Part shown: positions 36,079-46,262 of the stretch, in pieces
Layout: each line of letters starts with the position of its first letter
How positions within the stretch are numbered: the first letter of the stretch is position 1
The notes under the pieces: model-generated
Database searches by the model: none
Told to the model about the DNA's origin: nothing
Seen by the model: the letters and a program-made list of their open reading frames with translations, nothing else
Translations under genes and position numbers: made by a program
NCBI GenBank assembly: GCA_963666515.2
Contig: OY762897.2
Coordinates: 672,001-736,000, forward strand
Source of the DNA: Candidatus Binatia bacterium
GTDB lineage: Bacteria; Desulfobacterota; Binatia; UBA9968; JAJDTQ01
Direction of reading: 5' to 3'
Length of the DNA stretch: 64,000 nucleotides

Positions 36079-36969
36079 TTACTTCCTCCAGCTCAGGTAG
36101 CTCACCAGAGCCTGGTCCAGCGGCGTGGCCGTGGAGACCAGTTGATAGTCGATGGCGTACTCGTGGCAGCCCGACCGGAGCGTGTCGATGTGGTTCTCCA
36201 TCACCCGGCGGTACTCGGCCTGTATGGCCTTGGGATCGGCCGTGACCCGGAGCCGGGGGTCCTCGATGTCCTCGAAGCGGGTGTTGCCGGAGAAGGGCAG
36301 GGTCAGCTCGGTCTCGTCCAGCACGTGGAACACCAGCACGTCGTTGCCCCTGTAGCGGAACAGGCGCAGCCCCTGGAGCACCGACTCGGCGTCGTCCAGG
36401 AGGTCCGACACCAGCACCACCAGGCCGCGCCGGCGGATGCCGCCGGCCACCTCCCGCAGGATGCGGCCCACGTCGGTGTCGCCTCCGGTGGTCTCGGCTT
36501 CGAGCCGCTGCAGCAGCTCCACCATGTAGCCGCGGGTGGCCTTGGGCGGAAGCTGCGAGTCGATGCGGTCGGAGAAGGTGGTGAGCCCGGCGGCGTCCTG
36601 CTGCCGGAGGATGAGGTAGGCGAGCGAAGCCACCAGGATGCAGGCGTACTGGAACTTGGTGACCTCGCCGGACGCGTAGTCCATGGAGCCGCTCACGTCC
36701 AGCAGCAGGTGGGTCTTGAGGTTGCTCTCGTCCTCGAATTCCTTGATGAAGTAGCGGTCCAGCTTGCCCAGGGCCTTCCAGTCGATGCGCCGGATCTCGT
36801 CGCCCGGGGCGTACTCCCGGTGCTGCTCGAACTCGACGCTGAAGCCCTTGGCGCGGCTCCGGTGGAGCCCGGCCATGACGCCCTCCACGACCCAGCGCGC
36901 CTTCAGATGCAGGTTCGAAAGCCTCGCCAGCACCGCAGGGTCGAAGTAGCTTTGTTCGGGGGTGGCCAT
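36079..36969 (-). CDS. DUF58 (MoxR-associated VWA-like) protein
   Basis: GLHRS..KGFSVEF..HREYAPGDEIRRIDWK and LLDVSGSM motifs. Confidence 0.93.
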   Translation of the reverse strand: MATPEQSYFDPAVLARLSNLHLKARWVVEGVMAGLHRSRAKGFSVEFEQHREYAPGDEIRRIDWKALGKLDRYFIKEFEDESNLKTHLLLDVSGSMDYASGEVTKFQYACILVASLAYLILRQQDAAGLTTFSDRIDSQLPPKATRGYMVELLQRLEAETTGGDTDVGRILREVAGGIRRRGLVVLVSDLLDDAESVLQGLRLFRYRGNDVLVFHVLDETELTLPFSGNTRFEDIEDPRLRVTADPKAIQAEYRRVMENHIDTLRSGCHEYAIDYQLVSTATPLDQALVSYLSWRK

Positions 36970-37196
36970 GAGCGCCGAAGCGGTAGTGGAATACGGCGTC
37001 AGTTAACCACCTTCGCCCGGCGAACTCAAGGCGGCGGAGGCCGGTCGAGGTGGCGCCGTGGTGTGAATGGAGCCGGCAGGCAACGGCGTGCCGGTGTCCC
37101 GTTCGGAGATCGGTATGCTAAGATGCGCGAAGCGATGGCGGCGGGCGGGAAGGGCGAAGGACACATCGGATCACCGGCGCACGGGCGTACCCATTC

Positions 37197-38411
37197 GTGA
37201 AACGGAACAGCGGACTTCGGGCCATCGGCAGGGACCGGGTGGCGCTCCTGGGCTATCTCACTGGCGGGCACTTCGCCGTGCACTGGTTCGGCCAGCTCTT
37301 TCCCATGATCCTGCACCCCCTGGAGGTGGCGCTGCGGCTGAGCTACGTGCAGGTGGGTCTCCTCACCACCACGCGGGAGCTGACCACCGGGCTCACGAAC
37401 CTGCCGGCGGGGGTTCTGGGGGACCGCCTGGCGCGTCATCGGACCGCGATCCTGGTCTCGGCCCTGCTGGCCTTCGGGGTGGCCTACCTCACCTTCGGCC
37501 TCGCCCCCGGCTACTTCTATGCGCTGGTCGCGGCCGGGCTCGTGGGGGTGGGCATCGCCCTGTGGCATCCCACGGCCATGGCGTCGCTATCGAGCCGGTT
37601 TCCGGAACACCGGGCCACGGCGTTCGCCGTCCACGGCATGGGCGCCACCACCGGCGACACCCTGACGCCGCTGGCCGTCGGCGTTCTGTTGACTCTCTAT
37701 CCCTGGCGCAACGTCATGGCATTGCAGGTCCTTCTGGCCGCGGCGCTGAGCGTTCCCTTGTGGCTCGGCCTGCGCGGCGTCTTTGCCGCGCCGCCGGCCG
37801 CGTCCGGGACCGGCGGCGGCACGGAGGGGTCGGGTCTGGGCGAGTTCCTCCGCAACCCTGCCTTCCTGGGCGTGGCCCTGGCCAACGGGCTCATGAACGC
37901 CGGCCGGATCCTGATCATGACCTTCTTCCCGCTCTACGTGCAGGAGACCTTGGGCTACGGCTCCACCGGACTGGGCTACTACTACGCGCTGCTGCACGTG
38001 TTGGGCACGGTCTCCCAGCCCGTCCTGGGCTACCTGTCGGATCGCTTGGGCCGGAAGGCCGTGCTGTTGCCGGCGTTCCTGATGCTGGCGGTGCTCTACA
38101 CGCTGATTCCGCTGGTGCGTCCGGGGGTTCCTCTGGGGATCGTGGTGACCCTCATCAGCCTGTTCTTCTACACCCTCAGCAACATCACCGCGGCCGCGGT
38201 CGTGGACGTGGCAGGCTCGCGCATTCAGGCCACCTCGCTGGGCATCACGTTCCTTTCCAACAGCCTGTTCACCCTGCCCGGCCCGGTCATCGCCGGATAC
38301 CTGGTGGGGCTCTACGGCATGGGCTCGGTGTTCTACCTGTCCGGCGGCTTTCTGCTGGCGGCCGCGGTGGCGATCGTCCCGTTGCGGCTTTACCGGGGTT
38401 CCGGACGGTGA
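37197..38411 (+). CDS. MFS transporter
   Basis: About 12 TM segments; GVLGDR and GYLSDRLGRK motif A. Confidence 0.9.
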   Translation: MKRNSGLRAIGRDRVALLGYLTGGHFAVHWFGQLFPMILHPLEVALRLSYVQVGLLTTTRELTTGLTNLPAGVLGDRLARHRTAILVSALLAFGVAYLTFGLAPGYFYALVAAGLVGVGIALWHPTAMASLSSRFPEHRATAFAVHGMGATTGDTLTPLAVGVLLTLYPWRNVMALQVLLAAALSVPLWLGLRGVFAAPPAASGTGGGTEGSGLGEFLRNPAFLGVALANGLMNAGRILIMTFFPLYVQETLGYGSTGLGYYYALLHVLGTVSQPVLGYLSDRLGRKAVLLPAFLMLAVLYTLIPLVRPGVPLGIVVTLISLFFYTLSNITAAAVVDVAGSRIQATSLGITFLSNSLFTLPGPVIAGYLVGLYGMGSVFYLSGGFLLAAAVAIVPLRLYRGSGR

Positions 38412-38487
38412 TCCCTCGGCTTCGTTTCGGTCGGGCCCGTCCCGAGGGTGTCCAAGGGCTCGATGTGAGCCGTGACGGGAACGGACC

Positions 38488-39237
38488 ATGACTTCCTGGC
38501 TGTCCCCGATCTCGAACATGGAGCTGCCGCCCGATGCCGTCCACGTGTGGCGCACGGCCACCGAGGTTCCCGAATCCCGCGTGGCCGCCCTGCACGATCT
38601 CCTGTCGCCGGACGAGCGCGCCCGCGCGGGCCGGTTCGTGTTCGAGGCAGACCGGCGGCGGTACATTGTGGCCCGGGGCGTGCTGCGGACCCTCCTCGGG
38701 CGTTATCTCCGCGTGGAGCCGACCTCCCTGGTGTTCCGTTACGGCGCCCACGACAAGCCGTCGCTGGCGGGAACCCCCGGCGGCCGGGACGTGCGTTTCA
38801 ACCTGTCCCATTCCTACGGGTGGGCGCTGCACGCCTTCGCCGTCGGGCGGGAGGTCGGCGTCGACGTCGAGCGCATACGTCCGGAAACCGACATCGTGGG
38901 CGTCGCCGAGTATTCCTTCTCGCCCGTGGAGGTGGCTTCCTTGATGAGCGTTCCGGATGGGCAGCGGCGCGAGGCCTTCTTCAACTGCTGGACGCGGAAG
39001 GAGGCGTTCATCAAGGCCCACGGCGAGGGGATCTCGCTGGGCCTCAGCCGGTTCGACGTGACGTTGCGGCCGGGCGAGCCCGCGGCGTTGCTGCGGTTCG
39101 ACCAGGACCCCGCGGAGGCGGCCCGATGGTCCATGCGCGCCCTGGACGCGGGCGCGGGCTACAAGGCCGCGCTGGCAGTGGAAGGGGAGGGATGGGATCT
39201 CAAGTGCTGGGAATATCCGGATGAGGGTCTGTTCTGA
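38488..39237 (+). CDS. Sfp-type 4'-phosphopantetheinyl transferase
   Basis: FNLSHS, VGVDVE and WTRKEAFIKA motifs. Confidence 0.95.
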   Translation: MTSWLSPISNMELPPDAVHVWRTATEVPESRVAALHDLLSPDERARAGRFVFEADRRRYIVARGVLRTLLGRYLRVEPTSLVFRYGAHDKPSLAGTPGGRDVRFNLSHSYGWALHAFAVGREVGVDVERIRPETDIVGVAEYSFSPVEVASLMSVPDGQRREAFFNCWTRKEAFIKAHGEGISLGLSRFDVTLRPGEPAALLRFDQDPAEAARWSMRALDAGAGYKAALAVEGEGWDLKCWEYPDEGLF

Positions 39238-39289
39238 GGTTCATCCGGTTCCACCGGAACAAGACAATCGACACGGAAAGGAGAATCAC

Positions 39290-39838
39290 ATGGCGCGCAT
39301 CGCGAAGATCGAGACGAAGGAAGCCCTGGCCCCGGAGCACCATGCAGTGTTCGATGCCATCGCGCAGAGCCGCGGCCGGGTGCAGGGGCCGTTTCCCATG
39401 CTGCTGCACAGCCCGGAGCTGGCCGGCCGCGTGGCGCACCTGGGCGCCCACGTGCGCTTCGAGATGGGACTTTCCCAGAAGCTCAAGGAACTGGTGATCC
39501 TCACCGTGGCGCGGGAACTGGACTGCGCCTTCGAGTGGTCGGTGCACGCCGGGCACGCGCGCGCCGCGGGGATCACGGACGACTGCATCGAGGCCGTGCG
39601 GATGCGGCGGGAGCCCGCGGGCCTCACCCCGGAGGAAACCGGCGTGCGCCGCTACGCCCGTGAGCTGATCCGGTCCCATCGCGTGAGCGCGGAGACCTTC
39701 GCCGCGGCGGAAGCGCACCTGGGGGCCGCGGGCTGCGTGGAGCTTTCGGCCTTCATCGGATACTATGTGCTGCTGGCGTGCGTCCTGAACTCCATGGAGG
39801 TGGAGCCCGCGGAGGATGGGGACGTGCTGGACCCATGA
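39290..39838 (+). CDS. Carboxymuconolactone decarboxylase/AhpD-like protein
   Basis: GPF..LLHSPELA, KELVILTVAR...FEWSVH and IGYY motifs; start MARIAK after AGGAG. Confidence 0.85.
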   Translation: MARIAKIETKEALAPEHHAVFDAIAQSRGRVQGPFPMLLHSPELAGRVAHLGAHVRFEMGLSQKLKELVILTVARELDCAFEWSVHAGHARAAGITDDCIEAVRMRREPAGLTPEETGVRRYARELIRSHRVSAETFAAAEAHLGAAGCVELSAFIGYYVLLACVLNSMEVEPAEDGDVLDP

Positions 39839-39884
39839 GGGATCAGGCCGGAATCACCGACGGGACGGACATGACGGAGCGGAC

Positions 39885-41480
39885 ATGAGCGACAGACCCA
39901 ACTTTCTCTTCATCATCACCGACCAGCACCGGGCGGACCACCTGGGCTGCTACGGCAATCCGGTGGTCCAGACGCCACACATCGACGGGTTGGCGTCGTC
40001 GGGAGCCCGCTTCGAGCGGTTCTACACGGCCACGCCCATCTGCATGCCCAACCGGGCGACGCTCATGACCGGCCGGATGCCGTCGCTCCACGGCGTGCGG
40101 CACAACGGCATCCCGCTCTCCTGGCGGGCCACGACGTTCACCGACATCATGGCCGCGGCCGGGTACCACACGGCTCTCATCGGCAAGTGCCACCTCCAGA
40201 GCATCAAGGACGACCTCCCGGTCATCGGCATGCCCGAGCCGGACCCGCGGCTTACCCGGCCCCCCGAGCGGCTCCGCGAGGCGCGCAAGGACATCGGCGG
40301 GCGCTACGACCAGGAGCTGCCGTCCACCTGGGCGAAGGATCCGGAGTTCGAGCCGGTGTTTCCCTACTACGGTTTCCAGCACGTGGAGTTGTGCATCAAG
40401 CATGCCGACCAGGTGGTGGGACACTACGAGCGCTGGCTCCGCGAGCGCCACCCGGACCCCGACTCCCTGCGCGGGGCGAAAAACCAGCTTCCGGGCAACG
40501 ACTACCGGGCGCCTCAGGCGTGGCGCACCCGCATGCCCGAAGAGTTGTACCCCACCAGCTACGTGGCGGAGCGCACCATGGCGTTCCTGGAGGAGCACGT
40601 GGATTCGGGACAGGAGCGGCCGTTCTTCCTCCAGTGCTCGTTTCCCGACCCGCATCACGCGTTCACGCCGCCGGGCCGGTACTGGGACCTCTACCATCCT
40701 GAGCAAATCGAGCTGCCGGCTTCGTTCCATCGCGGCGAGCATCCGGTGCTGCCGCACCTGGCCCGGCTCTACGAGGAGCGCGACCGGGGCGAAGCCAACC
40801 GCGACGGCCAGCGCGGCTTCGCCATCACCGAGCGGGAGGCGCGGGAAGCCATCGCCCTCACCTACGGCATGATCACCATGATCGACGACGCCATCGGCCG
40901 CATCCGGGCGCGGCTGGAAGCCCTGGGTCTGGCGGAGGACACGGTGATCGTCTTCACCAGCGACCACGGCGACTTCATGGGCGACCACCAGCTCCTGCTC
41001 AAGGGCGCGCTGCACTATCGCGGGCTGGTGCGGGTGCCGTTCATCTGGGTCGATCCCGCGGAACCCGCGAAAGGGGTGGTGAACTCCGGGCTGTGCGGCA
41101 CCCTGGACCTGCCCAGCACCTTCCTGCACCGCGCCGGCCTGGAAGGCCACAATGGCATGCAGGGGGTAAGCCTGCTGCCGGCCATGGACGGGTCGGACAC
41201 CGGCTACGACTCGCTGCTCATCGAGGAGCACCAGCGCCGCGGCTACATGGGCTTCGACAACAACTTCCGCGCCCGCACCCTGATCACGCCGGACCGGCGC
41301 CTGACCCTGTACGAGGGCACGGATTGGGGCGAGGTCTACGACCTGGAAAACGACCCGGACGAGATGCGCAACCTGTGGGACGAGCCGGGCTCCCGGCGCG
41401 CCGAGCTGACCGAGGCGCTGGCCCGCAAGATGATGGCCCTCGCCGACACGAGCCCCCTGGCGACGCATCACGGGCCGTAG
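39885..41480 (+). CDS. Cys-type sulfatase
   Basis: PNFLFIITDQHR, CMPNRATLMTG (CxPxR), GKCH and FTSDHGD motifs. Confidence 0.95.
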   Translation: MSDRPNFLFIITDQHRADHLGCYGNPVVQTPHIDGLASSGARFERFYTATPICMPNRATLMTGRMPSLHGVRHNGIPLSWRATTFTDIMAAAGYHTALIGKCHLQSIKDDLPVIGMPEPDPRLTRPPERLREARKDIGGRYDQELPSTWAKDPEFEPVFPYYGFQHVELCIKHADQVVGHYERWLRERHPDPDSLRGAKNQLPGNDYRAPQAWRTRMPEELYPTSYVAERTMAFLEEHVDSGQERPFFLQCSFPDPHHAFTPPGRYWDLYHPEQIELPASFHRGEHPVLPHLARLYEERDRGEANRDGQRGFAITEREAREAIALTYGMITMIDDAIGRIRARLEALGLAEDTVIVFTSDHGDFMGDHQLLLKGALHYRGLVRVPFIWVDPAEPAKGVVNSGLCGTLDLPSTFLHRAGLEGHNGMQGVSLLPAMDGSDTGYDSLLIEEHQRRGYMGFDNNFRARTLITPDRRLTLYEGTDWGEVYDLENDPDEMRNLWDEPGSRRAELTEALARKMMALADTSPLATHHGP

Positions 41481-41499
41481 GAGACCGCATCGGCTGGAT

Positions 41500-41552
41500 G
41501 CGCCCTGTGGACACGGGCGGGTTGAAACCCCTGCACCCGCGTGTCCGCGAGG
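41500..41552. other. Intergenic stem-loop
   Basis: GTGGACACGGGCGG...CCCGCGTGTCCGC imperfect inverted repeat between the sulfatase and LLM genes. Confidence 0.4.
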
Positions 41553-41583
41553 CGCGGCCCGCTTGGTGATGGGTAGGAACTCC

Positions 41584-42591
41584 ATGGGAGACAATCGGCT
41601 GGAATTGGGCCTGGGGTTGCGCGCGCGGCATCCGTCCGTGCTGGCCGAACATTCGCGCCAGGCCGAGGACGCGGGCTTCAGCCACGTCTGGCTGTACGAT
41701 TCGCCGCGTTGCGCCGAGCCGTACGTTTCCTTGCCCTATTGCGCCATGGCCACGTCGCGGGCCATCGTCGGCCTGGCGGTGACGAATACCCAGACGCGCG
41801 ACCCGACGGTGGTAGCCAACGCCTTCGCGACCCTCGCCATCCTTACCGGAGGCCGGGTCAAGTTCGGCGTCGGGCTCGGCGACAGCGCCGTAAAGTTCCT
41901 CGGCAGGAAGCCGTCCCGTTTCGACGCGTTCCGGGAAAGCATCGACGTCGTGCAGGGGCTCCTCCGAGGCGAGAGCGTGCCCTACAACGGCCGCCGGCTG
42001 GCGCTTCCGGCGGTGCCCGAGGTCAAGCCGCCGCTGTTGCTGGCGGCCGAGAGGCCGCGAACCTTCAAGCTCGCCGGGGCGGCCGCCGACGGGGCCATCA
42101 TCAGCCCGGGCGGGTCGCCGCGCTTCCTGCGTTACGCCATCGGGAGGATTCGGGAAGGCGCGGCGCGGGCCGGACGGGACCCGGATGCGCTCCACATCTG
42201 CGCCTGGACCCACTGTGTCGTGGGCGAGACAACGGAAGAGGCCATGGATGCGCTGGCGCCCGAAGTGGGCCGGACCCTGTTCAAGGCCGCGTTGCGGGTT
42301 CCGCCGGAAGTGCTGGGCGCCTCGGAACCGCTGTTGTCGGACGAACTGCGCGGCCACGTGCTCGACGAGGCCACGCGGCAGGACCACGAGTACGATCTCG
42401 CGCGTACCCTGCGCTCCGCCCTGGGCGACGAGTTGTTCCGTGAGATGACCCTGATGGGCACGCCCGACGACTGCGCGCGCAAGATCGCGGAACTGGCGGA
42501 GGTGGACGGCCTCAGCCAGCTCATCGTCAACGTCTACGGCCAGGATCGCGAATTCGCCCTGAAGACGTTGGGCAGCCAGATGGCCCGCTGA
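41584..42591 (+). CDS. LLM-class flavin-dependent oxidoreductase (Mer-like)
   Basis: AEDAGFSHVWLYDS, GLAVTN..TRDP, GGRVKFGVGLGDS and LAGAAADG motifs. Confidence 0.9.
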   Translation: MGDNRLELGLGLRARHPSVLAEHSRQAEDAGFSHVWLYDSPRCAEPYVSLPYCAMATSRAIVGLAVTNTQTRDPTVVANAFATLAILTGGRVKFGVGLGDSAVKFLGRKPSRFDAFRESIDVVQGLLRGESVPYNGRRLALPAVPEVKPPLLLAAERPRTFKLAGAAADGAIISPGGSPRFLRYAIGRIREGAARAGRDPDALHICAWTHCVVGETTEEAMDALAPEVGRTLFKAALRVPPEVLGASEPLLSDELRGHVLDEATRQDHEYDLARTLRSALGDELFREMTLMGTPDDCARKIAELAEVDGLSQLIVNVYGQDREFALKTLGSQMAR

Positions 42592-42629
42592 CCTGAAACA
42601 CACCACCCGCGCCGCGACAGGCGGCGTCC

Positions 42630-43556
42630 CTACAGCGGTACCGCCTCGCCCTCCGGCACTTTGTCCTTGTCGATGTGCTTCAGCGCCTGGACGACGAAAT
42701 CCTGCCCGAACACCTCGGTCCAGCCCTTCTGCAGCCTGCCCACCATGGGGCCGGGCTTGCCCTCGCCGATGGCGTTGCCGTTGATGCGGGTGAGCGGCAG
42801 CACGCAGCGCGAGGTGGTGGTCATGAACGCTTCGTCGGCGTTCATGATGTCGTACAACTGGAAGTCGGTCTCGTCCACCGGGATGTCCAGGTGCTGGGCG
42901 ATCTCCAGCACCGCGCCCCGCGTGACGCCCGACAGGATGGTCTGAACCGGCGCCGTGACCAGGGTGCCGTTGCGCACGATCCAGAAGTTGGCAGCGGTCA
43001 ACTCGGTGACGTTGCCGTCCAGGGTCAACAGCAGGGCATAGGCCTCGGGGTCCACCAACTGGGCCTGCTGCTCCGCCAGCCACAGGTGCATGCGGCTGGT
43101 GCTCTTGATCTTGGGGTCCCACACCTGGGTGGGGATGGCGCGGATGTGCGTGGTGATGACGTGGCCGCCGTAGATGTAGTGGTGGGCGAACTTGTTGAAG
43201 GCGATGGGCTCGCACAGGATCACCACCGTGGCCCGGCCGGCCTTGTCCGGCCCGCGGGTGACGTAGTGGCCGACGAAGTAGTCCTCGTCCGCTCCCAGCA
43301 GCCCCTTGTTCTGCTTCACCAACTCCACGGTGGTCTCGTGCATCTCGTCCGCGGTGAGGCCGGCATCCAGCTTCACCGCCTTGAGCGACCGGTAGAGGCG
43401 GGCGATGTGCCGGTCCAGTTGAAATATCTCCCCGCCAAAGGTCCGCGTCCGCTCGAACACGCCCAGGCCGGACAGGAAACCGCGGTCATATATGGAAACG
43501 CTTGCCCGACTCTCGGGCAGGAACTCGCCGTTGACGTATGCCGTGCGCTCTTCCAT
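42630..43556 (-). CDS. PLP-dependent aminotransferase class IV (IlvE/D-amino acid aminotransferase/PabC-like)
   Basis: YVNGEF, DRGFLSGLGVFE, HIARLYRS, KIKS, LSGVTR and ADEAFMTTT motifs. Confidence 0.92.
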   Translation of the reverse strand: MEERTAYVNGEFLPESRASVSIYDRGFLSGLGVFERTRTFGGEIFQLDRHIARLYRSLKAVKLDAGLTADEMHETTVELVKQNKGLLGADEDYFVGHYVTRGPDKAGRATVVILCEPIAFNKFAHHYIYGGHVITTHIRAIPTQVWDPKIKSTSRMHLWLAEQQAQLVDPEAYALLLTLDGNVTELTAANFWIVRNGTLVTAPVQTILSGVTRGAVLEIAQHLDIPVDETDFQLYDIMNADEAFMTTTSRCVLPLTRINGNAIGEGKPGPMVGRLQKGWTEVFGQDFVVQALKHIDKDKVPEGEAVPL

Positions 43557-43659
43557 GGAATGCTCCCTTCGGGATATGGTTTGCCCCACATCGTAGGACT
43601 TTCGGCGGGCATCTGTAAACCGGATTCCGGTAGACCACAGGCGCCGTCCTCCGAAAGAT

Positions 43660-43695
43660 TTGACAACTGATTGCACAACTCTTAGCCTACGTAGG
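43660..43695 (+). promoter_or_regulatory. Putative sigma70 promoter with overlapping palindromic operator of the TA operon
   Basis: TTGACA (43660-43665), N17, TAGCCT; perfect palindrome CCTACGTAGG at 43686-43695. Confidence 0.55.
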
Positions 43696-43721
43696 TAGTT
43701 TACGATGAGGAGCACTTCACC

Positions 43722-44126
43722 ATGAGCAGCAAATACGCCCCGCTCGAATCGCACCTGCGTGACTTGGGCCGCGCACACGTGCCCATGACGTTCAGCGACA
43801 TCGAGCGCGTTGTCGGTCTACGGCTGCCGCCGGCAGCCTTCAAGCACCGTGCATTGTGGTCCAACAACCCTGGCAACTGGGTCATGACGAAGGCCTGGCT
43901 GGCGGCGGGATACGAGACCGAGAAGGTCGACATGGAGAAGCGCAAGCTCGTATTTCGGAAGGCCGTGCCGGATGCCCCGGCCCCAGATGCCGGCAGCGAC
44001 TCGTCCAGGGCCGAACGTAGCGGTTCGTTCGCGGACATCTTTGGCGCGCTGAAGGACACAGTGACGATATCGCCTGGCACGAATCTGACGGACCCGATCG
44101 ACGAAGACTGGAACGCCGCGCGGTAA
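43722..44126 (+). CDS. Putative antitoxin with an atypical N-terminal domain (KYxPL...TFxxIE...LPxxA...WSN type)
   Basis: Lies immediately upstream of a PIN toxin; C-terminal FGALKDTVTISPGTNLTDP resembles VapC-binding tails. Confidence 0.65.
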   Translation: MSSKYAPLESHLRDLGRAHVPMTFSDIERVVGLRLPPAAFKHRALWSNNPGNWVMTKAWLAAGYETEKVDMEKRKLVFRKAVPDAPAPDAGSDSSRAERSGSFADIFGALKDTVTISPGTNLTDPIDEDWNAAR

Positions 44127-44133
44127 CCGCCAC

Positions 44134-44547
44134 ATGACCGACTATTTGCTCGATACGTGCGCTGTCATCTGGACCGCACACAACGACCCCTTGCGCGAGG
44201 CGGCGGCGAGTGCATTGCAAGACGCGTACCGCCGCGGGGCGCGGTTGTTCGTGTCTCCCATCACAGCGTGGGAGATCGCGATGCTCGTTGCGAAAGGGAA
44301 GATCGCGCTGGCCCAGGATACGGGCCTGTGGTTCGAGCGCTTCTGCGCGCTGCCTTCGGTAACGTTGGCCGCGATGCCGGTATCCGTGCTGGTCGCATCG
44401 ACCACCCTTCCGGGTACGCCGCCCCACGATCCGGCGGATCGCATCATCATTGCAACCGCACGTGCCTTCGGATACGTGCTCACGACGCGTGACGCCGAGA
44501 TCCAGGAGTACGCGGGTCAGGGTCATGTACGGGTCGTCGAGTGCTGA
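44134..44547 (+). CDS. vapC: VapC/PIN-domain toxin
   Basis: LLDTCAVIW, VSPITAWEI, HDPADRIIIATA and LTTRD motifs. Confidence 0.92.
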   Translation: MTDYLLDTCAVIWTAHNDPLREAAASALQDAYRRGARLFVSPITAWEIAMLVAKGKIALAQDTGLWFERFCALPSVTLAAMPVSVLVASTTLPGTPPHDPADRIIIATARAFGYVLTTRDAEIQEYAGQGHVRVVEC

Positions 44548-44558
44548 CCTTGGCGGCG

Positions 44559-45188
44559 TCACTGGGCTTCGATCAGCAACCGGAGCAACTCCTCGGGCGA
44601 GTCCACGATGTGGTCGGGGGTTTCCTTCGTGAGCGTGGCTCGGCTCTGATAGCCCCAGGTGACGCCCGCGGTGCGGACGCCCGCTGCCTTGCCGTGGCGG
44701 ATGTCGCCGCGGGTGTCGCCGATCATGAACCCCTGTTCCGGCGGGACATGGAAATGCGCCAGGGAGTGCAGTATCTTCTCGCTCTTGGCGCCCGGCTGTC
44801 TGGCATCGAGCACCAGCGAGACGCATTCGTTAACTTCGTTCCGCGCGAGGCCCTGCCGTACCAGGTTCTCGTAGTTGGAGGTGACGATGACGATGATGTG
44901 CCGTTGCGACAGGGTCCTCAAAAGATCTGGGATGCCCGGGAACATGGTCGGCTCGTAGCCGTCGGCTTCCAGCAGGGCGTGGGTCCGGCGGGTGTAGCGG
45001 TCGATGTCGGCTTCCGGGACGCCCAGCAGTGCGGCGAGGCCGGCGGCGTTCAGGTCTTCGATGGTCTCGAAGTCGTTCCGGGTCGGCGGCCGGCCCAGCC
45101 CGGTATCCGCGGCGGTCCGCTGGAAGGCGCCCAGGAGCTGGTCGAAGGAGTCGACGAGGACGCCGTCATAGTCGAAGTGGAGCAGCAT
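44559..45188 (-). CDS. HAD-family hydrolase (phosphoglycolate phosphatase-like)
   Basis: FDYDGVLVDS, VTSN and MIGDTRGDI..GKAAG...VTWGY motifs. Confidence 0.92.
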   Translation of the reverse strand: MLLHFDYDGVLVDSFDQLLGAFQRTAADTGLGRPPTRNDFETIEDLNAAGLAALLGVPEADIDRYTRRTHALLEADGYEPTMFPGIPDLLRTLSQRHIIVIVTSNYENLVRQGLARNEVNECVSLVLDARQPGAKSEKILHSLAHFHVPPEQGFMIGDTRGDIRHGKAAGVRTAGVTWGYQSRATLTKETPDHIVDSPEELLRLLIEAQ

Positions 45189-45204
45189 GCGGCGGGGCTG
45201 CGGT

Positions 45205-46233
<1,029 letters not shown>

Positions 46234-46262
46234 GGTGGCAAGCTTCCTTCCGTTGCTTCCAA

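Noticed and set aside
39862-39892. Short direct repeat CGGACATGA before the sulfatase start
   Set aside because: Only two 9-bp copies around the RBS and start; no evidence of function
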